A stretch of DNA of 62,372 bases, counting the filler. It is 9 parts of 9 records of this genome, joined end to end, with 100 filler letters (N's around TTAATTAATTAA, not from the genome) between each part and the next. Parts side by side here need not be neighbours in the genome. Positions count along the whole stretch, not along the records: positions 50,700 to 56,441 come from SRR31156797_43658; positions 56,542 to 62,372 come from SRR31156797_43659; 7 more parts are not named here. One strand, written 5' to 3'. The position numbers and the translations under genes were made by a program. Shown here one piece after another: positions 50,793-60,658 of this stretch (its first letter is position 1; each line of letters begins with the position of its first letter). Below the pieces are notes generated by a model, which was not told the DNA's origin, did not search any database, and was given only the letters and a program-made list of their open reading frames with translations.

Positions 50793-52439
50793 ATGACCTA
50801 TATCACACTATTACTAATAACCATTTTGGTGCTTTTCTGGTTGGGCTTTTTTAGCTGGCAACGCCGGTTTAAACCCGGAGTCGCCGCCTTTTCAGTCATG
50901 ATGTTTTTGGGAGCGGCCTGGTGCGCGGTCATTACATTGATGTTGATCAGTCCGTCTCGGGATATGGCTCTTTTCTGGTATCGGACGGGATTTATAAGCA
51001 TCTCTCTCCTGCCTATTATCATGCTTGCCTTCATAGCCCAATATAGCGGGTCCCGGTTGATCGCGGGAACCCGTTTGACCCTGATGATTATTATTCCAAT
51101 TGTAACCCAGGCGGCTGTCTGGACTGACGATCATTTCCATCTATTTTTTGAATCAATTAATATTGTAGAAAAAAACGGCTTGATGGTCATTCAGGCCTGG
51201 TCTCCTGGTCCCTGGTTCATTGTTCATTCCGTTTACAGCTTTGCCATAATGTTGGCCGCGATAGTCTGGCTGTTCATATATGCGGTTAGGCAGTACCGGG
51301 TATTCCGCGGGCAATCTATCGCGTTTATTATGGGCGCGCTTATGGTGACGCTGCCTAATCTTGCTTTTGCCGTCGGACTTATCCCGCCCGATGTTATACT
51401 GCTGCCTTTCACTTTCCTGGGCATGGGATTATTTATAGGTTGGGCCATTTTTCGCCACAAGCTTTTGGAAGTCATACCGGTCGCCCGTGACAAAATGATC
51501 GATATTATGAGCGATGGAATGATCGTTCTCGACAATGATAAACGGGTTGTTGACATGAATCCGGCTGCCGGAGACATGCTTGCCCTGACCGGTGAGGACG
51601 TGATCGGACAAACCGCGGCTCGGGTATTCAGCCCCTGGCCTGATATTATTGAGCGTTTTGCGGACGTAGACCGGACTCAAACCGAAATAAGAATACTTTC
51701 AGGAGATGACGAATCCTATTATGACGTTCGCATAACCGGGTTGGTGGATAAGAGAAAACGCCCGGCGGGGCGACTTATTTTATTCAGGGACATTACCAGA
51801 AGAAAGAGCATCGAAAAGGAAAAAGATCGATTGCTTTCAGATTTGAATCAAAAAAACAAGGAACTGGAATTGCTCTACGGCATGGCCCTGGATGCCAACC
51901 CGATGACCGGGCTGCCGGGTAACAACAGCGTTTCCGCCGCCATTTCAAAATTCCTGAAAAATAGTGAGAATTATTGCGTAATATACACGGATTTAGACAA
52001 TTTCAAGGCATTTAACGATAAATACGGATTCGCTCTTGGTGATGAAGTGATAAAATTTACCGCCGACGTCCTGAACAAATCTCTTGCCGCGGCGGATTGC
52101 GAGGAATCCTTCCTTGGCCATATTGGAGGAGATGACTTTGTCCTGATCGCGCCAATGGAAAAAACAAAGGCGGTTGTGGAATTCATAATTCGTAAATTCG
52201 ACGCTGATGTTGTCAAATTTTATAATGATAATGATCTGGCGCAAGGTTTCATATCATCGACAAACCGCCGGGGGGGCAAGGAAGATTTTCCGATCATGAC
52301 TATCAGCATGGCCGGGGTCGATCTTTCCCTAAACCGATACCATGAATATATTGAAGTCAACGACGCCTGCGCCGAATTAAAGAAAAAGGCCAAATCGATC
52401 CCCGGCAGCAATTTTTATTTGGATCATCGCATGGGGTGA
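50793..52439 (+). CDS. 7TM (HisKA_7TM-type) + PAS + GGDEF diguanylate cyclase
   Basis: Seven TMs, PAS (MSDGMIVLD...RDITRRK), DANPMTGLPGN, DLDNFKAFNDKYG, intact GHIGGDDF. Confidence 0.9.
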   Translation: MTYITLLLITILVLFWLGFFSWQRRFKPGVAAFSVMMFLGAAWCAVITLMLISPSRDMALFWYRTGFISISLLPIIMLAFIAQYSGSRLIAGTRLTLMIIIPIVTQAAVWTDDHFHLFFESINIVEKNGLMVIQAWSPGPWFIVHSVYSFAIMLAAIVWLFIYAVRQYRVFRGQSIAFIMGALMVTLPNLAFAVGLIPPDVILLPFTFLGMGLFIGWAIFRHKLLEVIPVARDKMIDIMSDGMIVLDNDKRVVDMNPAAGDMLALTGEDVIGQTAARVFSPWPDIIERFADVDRTQTEIRILSGDDESYYDVRITGLVDKRKRPAGRLILFRDITRRKSIEKEKDRLLSDLNQKNKELELLYGMALDANPMTGLPGNNSVSAAISKFLKNSENYCVIYTDLDNFKAFNDKYGFALGDEVIKFTADVLNKSLAAADCEESFLGHIGGDDFVLIAPMEKTKAVVEFIIRKFDADVVKFYNDNDLAQGFISSTNRRGGKEDFPIMTISMAGVDLSLNRYHEYIEVNDACAELKKKAKSIPGSNFYLDHRMG

Positions 52440-52623
52440 CCTGATTTAAAGCGTCATTTTTACATGTAAATATTAATACGATTTTGGGCGGAGTCGGAAT
52501 CAGTCACAAGAAGGAAGATTTATGCATTAATACAGTTAAAATGACGCCGGCGTGGTTGTATCTTAATGGTTTGGTTCTTAATTTGATCTTTACAAAGTGG
52601 AATCCGTCTAATAAGATGCATGA

Positions 52624-52735
52624 GGTCGGACGAAGGCGAAGGGTTGTAACGCGTTAATCTCATGCCGTTTTTTGAAAAGCGGCCATGTGTTGCGGATACA
52701 GGGCCGGACTATTCGTCCGCCGGCCTTTCGAGGCC
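52624..52735 (+). ncRNA. candidate structured RNA / 5' leader upstream of lepB
   Basis: Promoter TTTACA-N17-TAAGAT (52589-52617). Nested stems CGGACGAA/TTCGTCCG, TGTAACGCGT/ATGTGTTGCG and GCCGTTTT/AAAGCGGC, then a GGCCT-TTCG-AGGCC hairpin. Confidence 0.45.
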
Positions 52736-52770
52736 CACAAATGAAAGAGTCGTCCTTAAAGAGTAAATAT

Positions 52771-53442
52771 ATGGCCGCAAAAGCAAGTAAAAAAGAAAAG
52801 AAAATCGCAAACGAGGAAATAAAGGGCGCGGGAAAGCCTCCTAAAAGCGTAGTAAGAGAATATGGCGAAGCCATAGTATTGGCTATTATCCTGGCTTTGT
52901 TTATAAGAACATTTGCCGTACAGGCTTTCAAGATTCCATCGGGTTCAATGCTGCCGACGCTTCAGATCGGCGACCATATACTGGTGGTTAAATCGATTTA
53001 CGGCGTGCGACTTCCGTTTGTGAACAAGGTTGTCATCCCGGTAAAAAAGCCTCAGCGCGACGACATAATTGTCTTTATTTATCCCGAGGATGAGAGCAAG
53101 GATTTTATCAAGCGCGTAGTCGGCTTGGCCGGCGACAAAGTTGAAGTAAGAAATAAAAAGTTATATATTAATGATAAGCCGGTCAAGGACGAGCACGGTT
53201 TTTATGACGATCCCGATATGAACCCTATTATGCTGAAACCCCGAGACCAGTTCGGCCCGATTGTCGTTCCCGAGAACAAGCTGTTTGTCATGGGCGACAA
53301 CAGGGATCACAGTCATGATTCAAGATTCTGGGGTTTTGTGGATATAGACGCGGTTAAAGGGAAGGCCTTCATGATATACTGGTCGTGGGACTCTTCCGAT
53401 TGGAGCGTCAGGTGGAGCCGTATAGGGGACAGGCTGGAATGA
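52771..53442 (+). CDS. lepB: signal peptidase I
   Basis: FKIPSGSMLPTL.IGD, DFIKRVVGL, FVMGDNRDHSHDSRFWG; start may be ATG 52741. Confidence 0.96.
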   Translation: MAAKASKKEKKIANEEIKGAGKPPKSVVREYGEAIVLAIILALFIRTFAVQAFKIPSGSMLPTLQIGDHILVVKSIYGVRLPFVNKVVIPVKKPQRDDIIVFIYPEDESKDFIKRVVGLAGDKVEVRNKKLYINDKPVKDEHGFYDDPDMNPIMLKPRDQFGPIVVPENKLFVMGDNRDHSHDSRFWGFVDIDAVKGKAFMIYWSWDSSDWSVRWSRIGDRLE

Positions 53443-53542
53443 TTGTTTAAACTTGACCTTATTTATCGGCGGATGTTAAATATCACCGCAATGGGGTTAG
53501 ACAATGAATGACAGGGCATTGGTTGCGCAACGGCAATCCGGA

Positions 53543-53578
53543 GCCTCCTAACTCACAAAAGGTTGGGGGGTTTTTTTT
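53543..53578 (+). terminator. intrinsic terminator or attenuator just upstream of pyrB
   Basis: CCTCCTAACT-loop-GGTTGGGGGG followed by T8, ending 23 nt before the pyrB GTG. Confidence 0.7.
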
Positions 53579-53601
53579 GCCCTGGAGAGGGTGGAAGACC
53601 A

Positions 53602-54524
<923 letters not shown>

Positions 54525-54525
<1 letters not shown>

Positions 54526-55814
54526 TGAGGACTTTGGTTAAAGGCGGACGCGTTTTGGATCCCAGTCAGGATCTGGATGATGTACGAGACATATTGATAG
54601 AAGACGGCGTCATTCTCGATACGGTTGCGCCCGAGGAACGGCCGGATTGGGAAGCCGGGGGCATGGTGGTTGAAGCGGAAGGACTTTTGGTCGTTCCCGG
54701 TTTGATTGACATGCACGTCCATTTAAGGGAGCCCGGCCACGAATACAAGGAAACCGTGGGCACCGGCGCGGCCGCGGCCGCGGCCGGCGGGTTTACAGCC
54801 GTGGCTTGCATGCCGAATACTTCTCCGGTTTGCGATGAAAGCTCAGTGGTTGAATATATACTGGCCAGGGCAGAAGAAGCCGGTATGAGCAGGGTCTGGC
54901 CGATTGCCGCCATGACCCATGGGTCCAAGGGAGAAAAGCTTTCCGAATACGGCGACCTGGCCGAATCCGGGGCGGTTGGGGTTTCAGATGACGGCTGCTG
55001 GGTCACAAATGCCAAAATGATGCGCAGAGCCCTGGAATACGCCAGGGTTTTCGGGCTGACTCCAATTTCTCATCCCGAAGAACATGGTCTTTCTTCAGGC
55101 GGAGTGATGAATGAAGGGCCCACGGCGACTTCCATGGGGCTGGCCGGCATTCCGGCCGCGGCAGAGGAAATAGCCGTTTTCAGAGACATTCGCTTGTCGG
55201 AGCTGACAGGCGCCCCGGTTCATCTGGCCCATATTTCCACGGCCGGGTCGGTTGATATTATCAGGACGGCCAAGGAGCGCGGCATAAAAGTGACCGCGGA
55301 AACAGCGCCCCATTATTTTATGTTGGACGACAGCGCGGTCCGGGGATATTCAACCCTGGCCAAAATGAATCCGCCGCTTAGAACCGCTTTGGATATTGAG
55401 GCCATTCGCCGGGGCCTGGCCGACGGGACCCTGGATGCGATCGCCACGGATCATGCTCCGCATTCATCCATGGAAAAGGATATGGAATTTGACGCGGCCG
55501 CATTTGGGATTATTGGTTTGGAAACGGCTCTGCCTTTATCCCTGGAACTGGTTGCGGCCGGAGTTCTTACTCTGAAGCAGGCGATTGAAGCGTTGTCTTG
55601 CAAGCCGGCATCCATCCTGGGAGTGCAGGGCGGAACCTTGCGTTCGGGCGCGGCCGCGGATCTGACCATTATCGATCGGAATATGCAGTGGGTTTGCGAT
55701 CCGTCCGCATTTAAATCTAAAAGTCGAAACACGCCGTTTGGGGGGCGGGAATTGACTGGTCGGCCGGTCCTGACCATGGTTGGAGGCCGGGTTGTACACA
55801 GACTCTCTTCCTGA
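54525..55814 (+). CDS. pyrC: dihydroorotase
   Basis: PGLIDMHVHLREPG, MPNT, KMNPPLR, ATDHAPH; TAATG overlap with pyrB. Confidence 0.96.
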
Positions 55815-55823
55815 TGGAACGCC

Positions 55824-56441
55824 ATGTCCAAAATTCTTGTTGTTGATGATGAACTAAGTATTCGCGAGACCTTTGAGATACTTCTCACCAGGGAAGGCTA
55901 TAGCGTCGATGTGGCCGCCGGCGGACTGGAGGCCATAACTCTTTTTAATGATAAACAGTACGATTTGGTTATTACCGACATCCGCATGCCCGGCATGAGC
56001 GGCGTGGAAGTTTTAAAGAGCATCAAGGCTGTAAGCCCCCGCACCAAGGTGATACTCATATCCGCATATCCCAAGGATGTGACCGCGGACGACCTTTTGG
56101 CCCAGGGTGCGTATGACCTGTTCACCAAGCCTTTTGACAATGAAGACATAAAGTCGGTTGTTCGAAACGCGTTGGGCGGCGCCGGACAGGAAGAAGTCAA
56201 GCGCTTTGGCGCCCTGGTCGGCGATTCCGAGCAAATGAAGGAAGTATATCGGCAAATATGGCGGGCGGCCCAAACCAGCACGAACATATTAATCACCGGA
56301 CAATCCGGAACCGGTAAGGAATTGGTGGCCAGAGCGATACACGACCATTCCAACAGGGTCGATGAAATGTTCGTGGCCATCAATTGCGGCGGCATGCCCG
56401 AGCAGTTGATAGAAAGCGAATTGTTCGGCTATAAAAAAGGC
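55824..56441 (+). CDS. sigma54-dependent (NtrC/PilR-like) response regulator, truncated
   Basis: ILVVDDE, ITDIRMPG, ITGQSGTGKELVARAIH, AINCGG.PEQLIESELFG. Confidence 0.9.
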
Positions 56442-56716
56442 NNNNNNNNNNNNNNNNNNNNNNNNNNNNNNNNNNNNNNNNNNNNTTAATTAATTAANNN
56501 NNNNNNNNNNNNNNNNNNNNNNNNNNNNNNNNNNNNNNNNNTTGTAGTGTATGGAAAATGACGAGTTGGCAGGAGCTTGCTTCCCATCTCAAACAGCCCC
56601 AGGAAAGCATATCCTTTGCCGGGTGAAAAGGACTGTATTTGATTTTTTTCAACCAAATCTTTTGCGGAAAAGGCTGTCTAGTCGCTCGAGTTCATATTAC
56701 GGCCCCGTGGGCCGAA

Positions 56717-58021
56717 TTATTCAAGATTTCGTGCAACATTCGAAACCTTCCAGGGGTTCCATTTGTCAAAATAAGAAACCCTGCATACAAGCTCCAATAG
56801 ATATGCCAAGCTCCTGACACTGCGAATATAAAAGCCAGTATAAAGCGGGATTAAAGGCAGGTAGATAAAGAGGGCCAGCTCTTTCCAATACATAGTTCCG
56901 GAAAGAAGAGCAATTGCAATGCTAAACTCTAAGATGTTGGCGAGGGCATATAATACCAGATTGATGAGCATAATAATTTCAATATGGCCTGGGTCCATAA
57001 TAATGAGTTGCACAAAATACAGCCACCACTTTATATCAAGGAGCAGATTGAAGAAAATATTATCGAAAGAGGCAATAAAATTGCGAAAGTTGAAACTTTT
57101 TGAGGGAAGTAGGATGTCTCTGTGTTTTCTGAGGCGAAATCTTACCAGGGATCTGTTCCAACGGAATCTCTGCCTGGCAAGTTTCCTGAAAGAGTTGGGA
57201 ACATTAGTGTAGCATATCGCAAATGGTTCATGGACAATTTTGTAACCAAGTTTTCTTATTTTAATTGTAATATCGCCATCAAGGCCTGGACCAACATCCC
57301 ACCCATACAGACGCTGAAGAATATCTGTGCGAAAGGCACCAAAGGCACCGCCAATAATTCGTAGTATACCAAGCTCTGAGCTGACTGTTCTCCCTGTTGA
57401 TATAGTTTTGAAGTATTCGATGGTCTGAAACCGGGTAGCCAGGGTGCTGTTTACATTGGCAACGCGAATGTCGCCGCCAACAGCCCCGACACTGTCGTCC
57501 ATATAAAAAGGAAGCATCACTTTTTCAATGGCATCAGGTGAAAGGTGGCTGTCTGCGTCAAGGTGAATAACATATTTTCCACGTACGTATTTAAGGGCAG
57601 TGTTTGCTGCCGATGCTTTTCCACCTCGTATTTCGTTTCTAAAAAAACGGGTTATTTTCCCTTGTCGCTGCAAACGGCGGCATATAAAAGGTGTTTCATC
57701 ATCGGAACCGTCATCGACAATAATGGATTCAATGTTTTTATACGACTGGAGAGTCAGAGTGTGGGCGAGCTGGGCAAGGTGCTTGCCTTCATTTTTACCT
57801 GGCACAATAACTGAAATTAAAGGGCGTTCCTTGAAAAGACGGCGTCTAGCTTCAGCGTAAGCGTGTCTTTGACGATATCGTTTTGGGATATAAAAAGTCA
57901 GGACCACAAAGTCTACAAGCAGGTAGCGACTCATGTCCAGCAGGAAAAAAGGCCAAAAATATGCCAGTGCTTTTAACAGAGTGATATCGCCTAAAAAATC
58001 TGAAAAAGAATCAAGCAGCAT
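56717..58021 (-). CDS. processive membrane GT2 polysaccharide synthase (PgaC/IcaA/HasA-like)
   Basis: SVIVPGKNEG, VDDGSDD, GGKASAAN, HLDADS, GLDGD, QRFRW; N- and C-terminal TM helices. Likely ATG 58021 overlaps the upstream stop. Confidence 0.9.
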   Translation of the reverse strand: MLLDSFSDFLGDITLLKALAYFWPFFLLDMSRYLLVDFVVLTFYIPKRYRQRHAYAEARRRLFKERPLISVIVPGKNEGKHLAQLAHTLTLQSYKNIESIIVDDGSDDETPFICRRLQRQGKITRFFRNEIRGGKASAANTALKYVRGKYVIHLDADSHLSPDAIEKVMLPFYMDDSVGAVGGDIRVANVNSTLATRFQTIEYFKTISTGRTVSSELGILRIIGGAFGAFRTDILQRLYGWDVGPGLDGDITIKIRKLGYKIVHEPFAICYTNVPNSFRKLARQRFRWNRSLVRFRLRKHRDILLPSKSFNFRNFIASFDNIFFNLLLDIKWWLYFVQLIIMDPGHIEIIMLINLVLYALANILEFSIAIALLSGTMYWKELALFIYLPLIPLYTGFYIRSVRSLAYLLELVCRVSYFDKWNPWKVSNVARNLE

Positions 58022-59426
58022 TTGTGCGGAGTAGATGTTCGATTTCTTGATCCAGCATAATATCACCGCTTACAGCTTTGATCGTTTTGTTAATTGTGCA
58101 GTCAATGTTGAGGTTGGTTGTAAGCAGTGAGGCTATCCGATCATTCAGGCGGGAAATTGCAAGCTCAGCACTCTGTATTTGAGTTTCGGGCATGAGTATT
58201 AAAAAAATATTTTCATCGCGGACCGAAAAGACGTCGGAACTGCGCAGTTGTTCCTGTAATGCCTTGCTTATTTCAGTGAAAACTTCCGAGGAACGTTTTC
58301 CTAACTTTTCGTAAATGGTCTCGATTCCGGAGAGTCTCATGATGACTATGCTGCTTGTGCTTATTTTATAACGTGCTATTCGTTCGCTTTCCAGTCTGAG
58401 AATTTTTTTGAAAATGGAGTGGCTGATGGTGTTCAGCTTAGATTCTAAGATCGATTGCAGCAGTGAATCCATACCATACCTGGCGGCATTAACCCCGATG
58501 GCGGTTATCGAGTATGATTGAATCTGTCGAATCACTTGGTTTTCCGGCTCTGTTTCACGCCAGCAGTTATAACAGGAGGTCATAACTTTAGGTTCTTGAA
58601 AGATATTGCTGCATATATTGCAATGAAAAACAACTGACGCCTTATCGTGATCAACACCAAGTTGTTTTAAGCGGGTTTCGCACTTTGGGCAGACAAGCTG
58701 CTCTCCCTGGGTAAAGTCGGAAAGCTCCCCAACATATGCGCATTTAAAGTGGTGAATAAGTTCTTCTGAGCGAAGGTCGTTTGATCCGCAATCTGGACAT
58801 GTTTCAAAAAAGTTGAGAAACGCACAATCGCAGTGGGTACAGGAGTAGGAGCGGTTGACAAAAGTTGCAGTGAGAAGTCGTTGGCTTTCTAAATACTCCA
58901 GGACTTCGAATGTGCTGATATCATCTTTGGGAAACAATGGAAGTAGTGGCGGGTATATGAATCCTTTTTGTTCTCTTGCCGATGCAATGGGCTTGAATGC
59001 AGCATCCCTTGTTTCGATAAACCGGAGCACTTTGAAGGCAAGACTCGAATCTCCCGCATCTGACAGGATTTTTAGTTGTTCGATTCGACTATTAATAGGT
59101 TCGAGTCGAGCAGCCCATGTATTGCATTCTTTTGCCAACTGATCTGGAGTTTCAAGTACAAAACCGTCTGCAGCCTGCAATATTTCAGGAGGTATATTCT
59201 TTTCACTTAGTAAAAACAGGATCGGACGGAGGTATATTTTTAAGTCAACATGTCTTCTGATACGCTGAAGATCCCTGTATCCTAGCTGCCAATCAGCTCC
59301 AAGCGGGATAATGAAAAATGAAACAGCAGCTAAATTAACAGCTCCAAGTTCTGTAAAGGAACAAACAGGGATACCTTGAGGACACTGGTCTGGTGTCGTT
59401 GCCGAGACAATGAGAGGGTTTCTCAT
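58011..59426 (-). CDS. TackOD1-like Zn-ribbon protein with degenerate GGDEF domain carrying an RxxD I-site
   Basis: CTHC, CPDC, HFKC, CPKC, CNIC and CYNC pairs after a winged-helix-like segment; C-terminal LRSSDVFSVRDENIFLILMPET. Confidence 0.8.
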   Translation of the reverse strand: MRNPLIVSATTPDQCPQGIPVCSFTELGAVNLAAVSFFIIPLGADWQLGYRDLQRIRRHVDLKIYLRPILFLLSEKNIPPEILQAADGFVLETPDQLAKECNTWAARLEPINSRIEQLKILSDAGDSSLAFKVLRFIETRDAAFKPIASAREQKGFIYPPLLPLFPKDDISTFEVLEYLESQRLLTATFVNRSYSCTHCDCAFLNFFETCPDCGSNDLRSEELIHHFKCAYVGELSDFTQGEQLVCPKCETRLKQLGVDHDKASVVFHCNICSNIFQEPKVMTSCYNCWRETEPENQVIRQIQSYSITAIGVNAARYGMDSLLQSILESKLNTISHSIFKKILRLESERIARYKISTSSIVIMRLSGIETIYEKLGKRSSEVFTEISKALQEQLRSSDVFSVRDENIFLILMPETQIQSAELAISRLNDRIASLLTTNLNIDCTINKTIKAVSGDIMLDQEIEHLLRTNAA

Positions 59427-60427
59427 TTGCGTTCTCCTTTTACCTTGACGTCCATCCGGTCAAACATACGCCATTTCTGTCCATCTTGTTCTGTGAGTGG
59501 TTTTAAGGTAACTCTTAACTCAGTTGATACCGGAACGTAGTTATTTTTGACGAGGTAGACTTGAGATCGAGCACTGGAGACAAACTTCGTAATTTGGCCA
59601 ACACTTACAGATTTATCCGGGAATCGAATGGTCAGTTGTTTCCCCTTGTCTAAAAAATGGAGGTTTTTTGCATCAATATAGGCCGCAACAACAACAGGAT
59701 CATTTTCCGGGATAACCACAAATAAAGGCTCTCCCCTTTTCAGGTATTCAGAGCTGCGATGTGTCACTTGGTCTATTTCACCGGAAAAAGTCGCCACAAT
59801 ATCCTCAAATTGACATTGAGAATTTTTGGCCAAGGCAAATTCCTGCTCCAGCAACATCAATTCTGTCTTCTTGACTTTGATTTCAGCCAACAGTTTGTTC
59901 GCTGCGTCTTGTTTATTCATTAGATCTCGAAGCATGAGCTCTTCTGCTTTTTGCCTGGATAAAATATCACCAATTTCAAGGGCTCGACGAAGGATTGTTG
60001 TCCCTTTACTAGCCTCCATTTGGGTTTCTATCTGGTAAAGCTGATCAAGGATCAGTTCATGCTCGCTTTGTTTTTGCTTAATTTCATATTTAAGTCGAAT
60101 TAACCTGACATTGGGCGCTGTATCAACACACGATGGTCCTTTCCATATCTGCGCCAGTATATCCCCTTTTACAAAGGAGTCTCCTGCTGATTTGTTCAGC
60201 AGCCGAACAGCACCATCGTTGGTGGCGCTGATATTCACCCGTGCGATTTCGACATGCCCCTTTCCTGTAAAATACAAAAAACGCTTGATGAGAATTGAAC
60301 AAACAGCACCGACAACACAAAGTAACACCAAAAAATAAATGAGTCTCAGTATTTTAGGCAGCAGCTTTACCGGGGGAGTCCCTTCAGGAAGGTTTAGAAA
60401 ATGACTTTTTTGGGTTCTTAGTTTCAT
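59423..60427 (-). CDS. HlyD/membrane-fusion (periplasmic adaptor) protein
   Basis: Single N-terminal TM, lipoyl halves (ISATNDGAV...GDSFVKGDILAQI; IVATFSGEI...EYLKRGEPLF) around a coiled coil, C-terminal beta-barrel. Confidence 0.8.
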   Translation of the reverse strand: MKLRTQKSHFLNLPEGTPPVKLLPKILRLIYFLVLLCVVGAVCSILIKRFLYFTGKGHVEIARVNISATNDGAVRLLNKSAGDSFVKGDILAQIWKGPSCVDTAPNVRLIRLKYEIKQKQSEHELILDQLYQIETQMEASKGTTILRRALEIGDILSRQKAEELMLRDLMNKQDAANKLLAEIKVKKTELMLLEQEFALAKNSQCQFEDIVATFSGEIDQVTHRSSEYLKRGEPLFVVIPENDPVVVAAYIDAKNLHFLDKGKQLTIRFPDKSVSVGQITKFVSSARSQVYLVKNNYVPVSTELRVTLKPLTEQDGQKWRMFDRMDVKVKGERK

Positions 60428-60658
60428 GGGTTATGTATAGCGGCGTATAATCCGCTGGTTCAGGAGTATATAATATGGAAAATATCCACGCTTCCAAAAG
60501 TAATGATTTGCAGTTTCATCTTGTTCTTTCTATTGCTGAGTGCGTTGTGTCTCAAAAGAGAGACAACTGGGCGGTTCTTGCATAATTACATGGAGAACGG
60601 ATATGCCATCCATAGTCCTTTGCACGTGAAGTGTTACTGTACCTTTAGGTAAGGCCTC

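Noticed and set aside
50793-52439. Diguanylate cyclase as the regulator of the EPS operon at 56717-62372
   Set aside because: Separated by an artificial spacer and differing in composition; no evidence they share a genome.
60428-60658. Small gene between the TolC-like and HlyD-like genes
   Set aside because: Only short ORFs without a convincing SD or recognisable motif; treated as intergenic.
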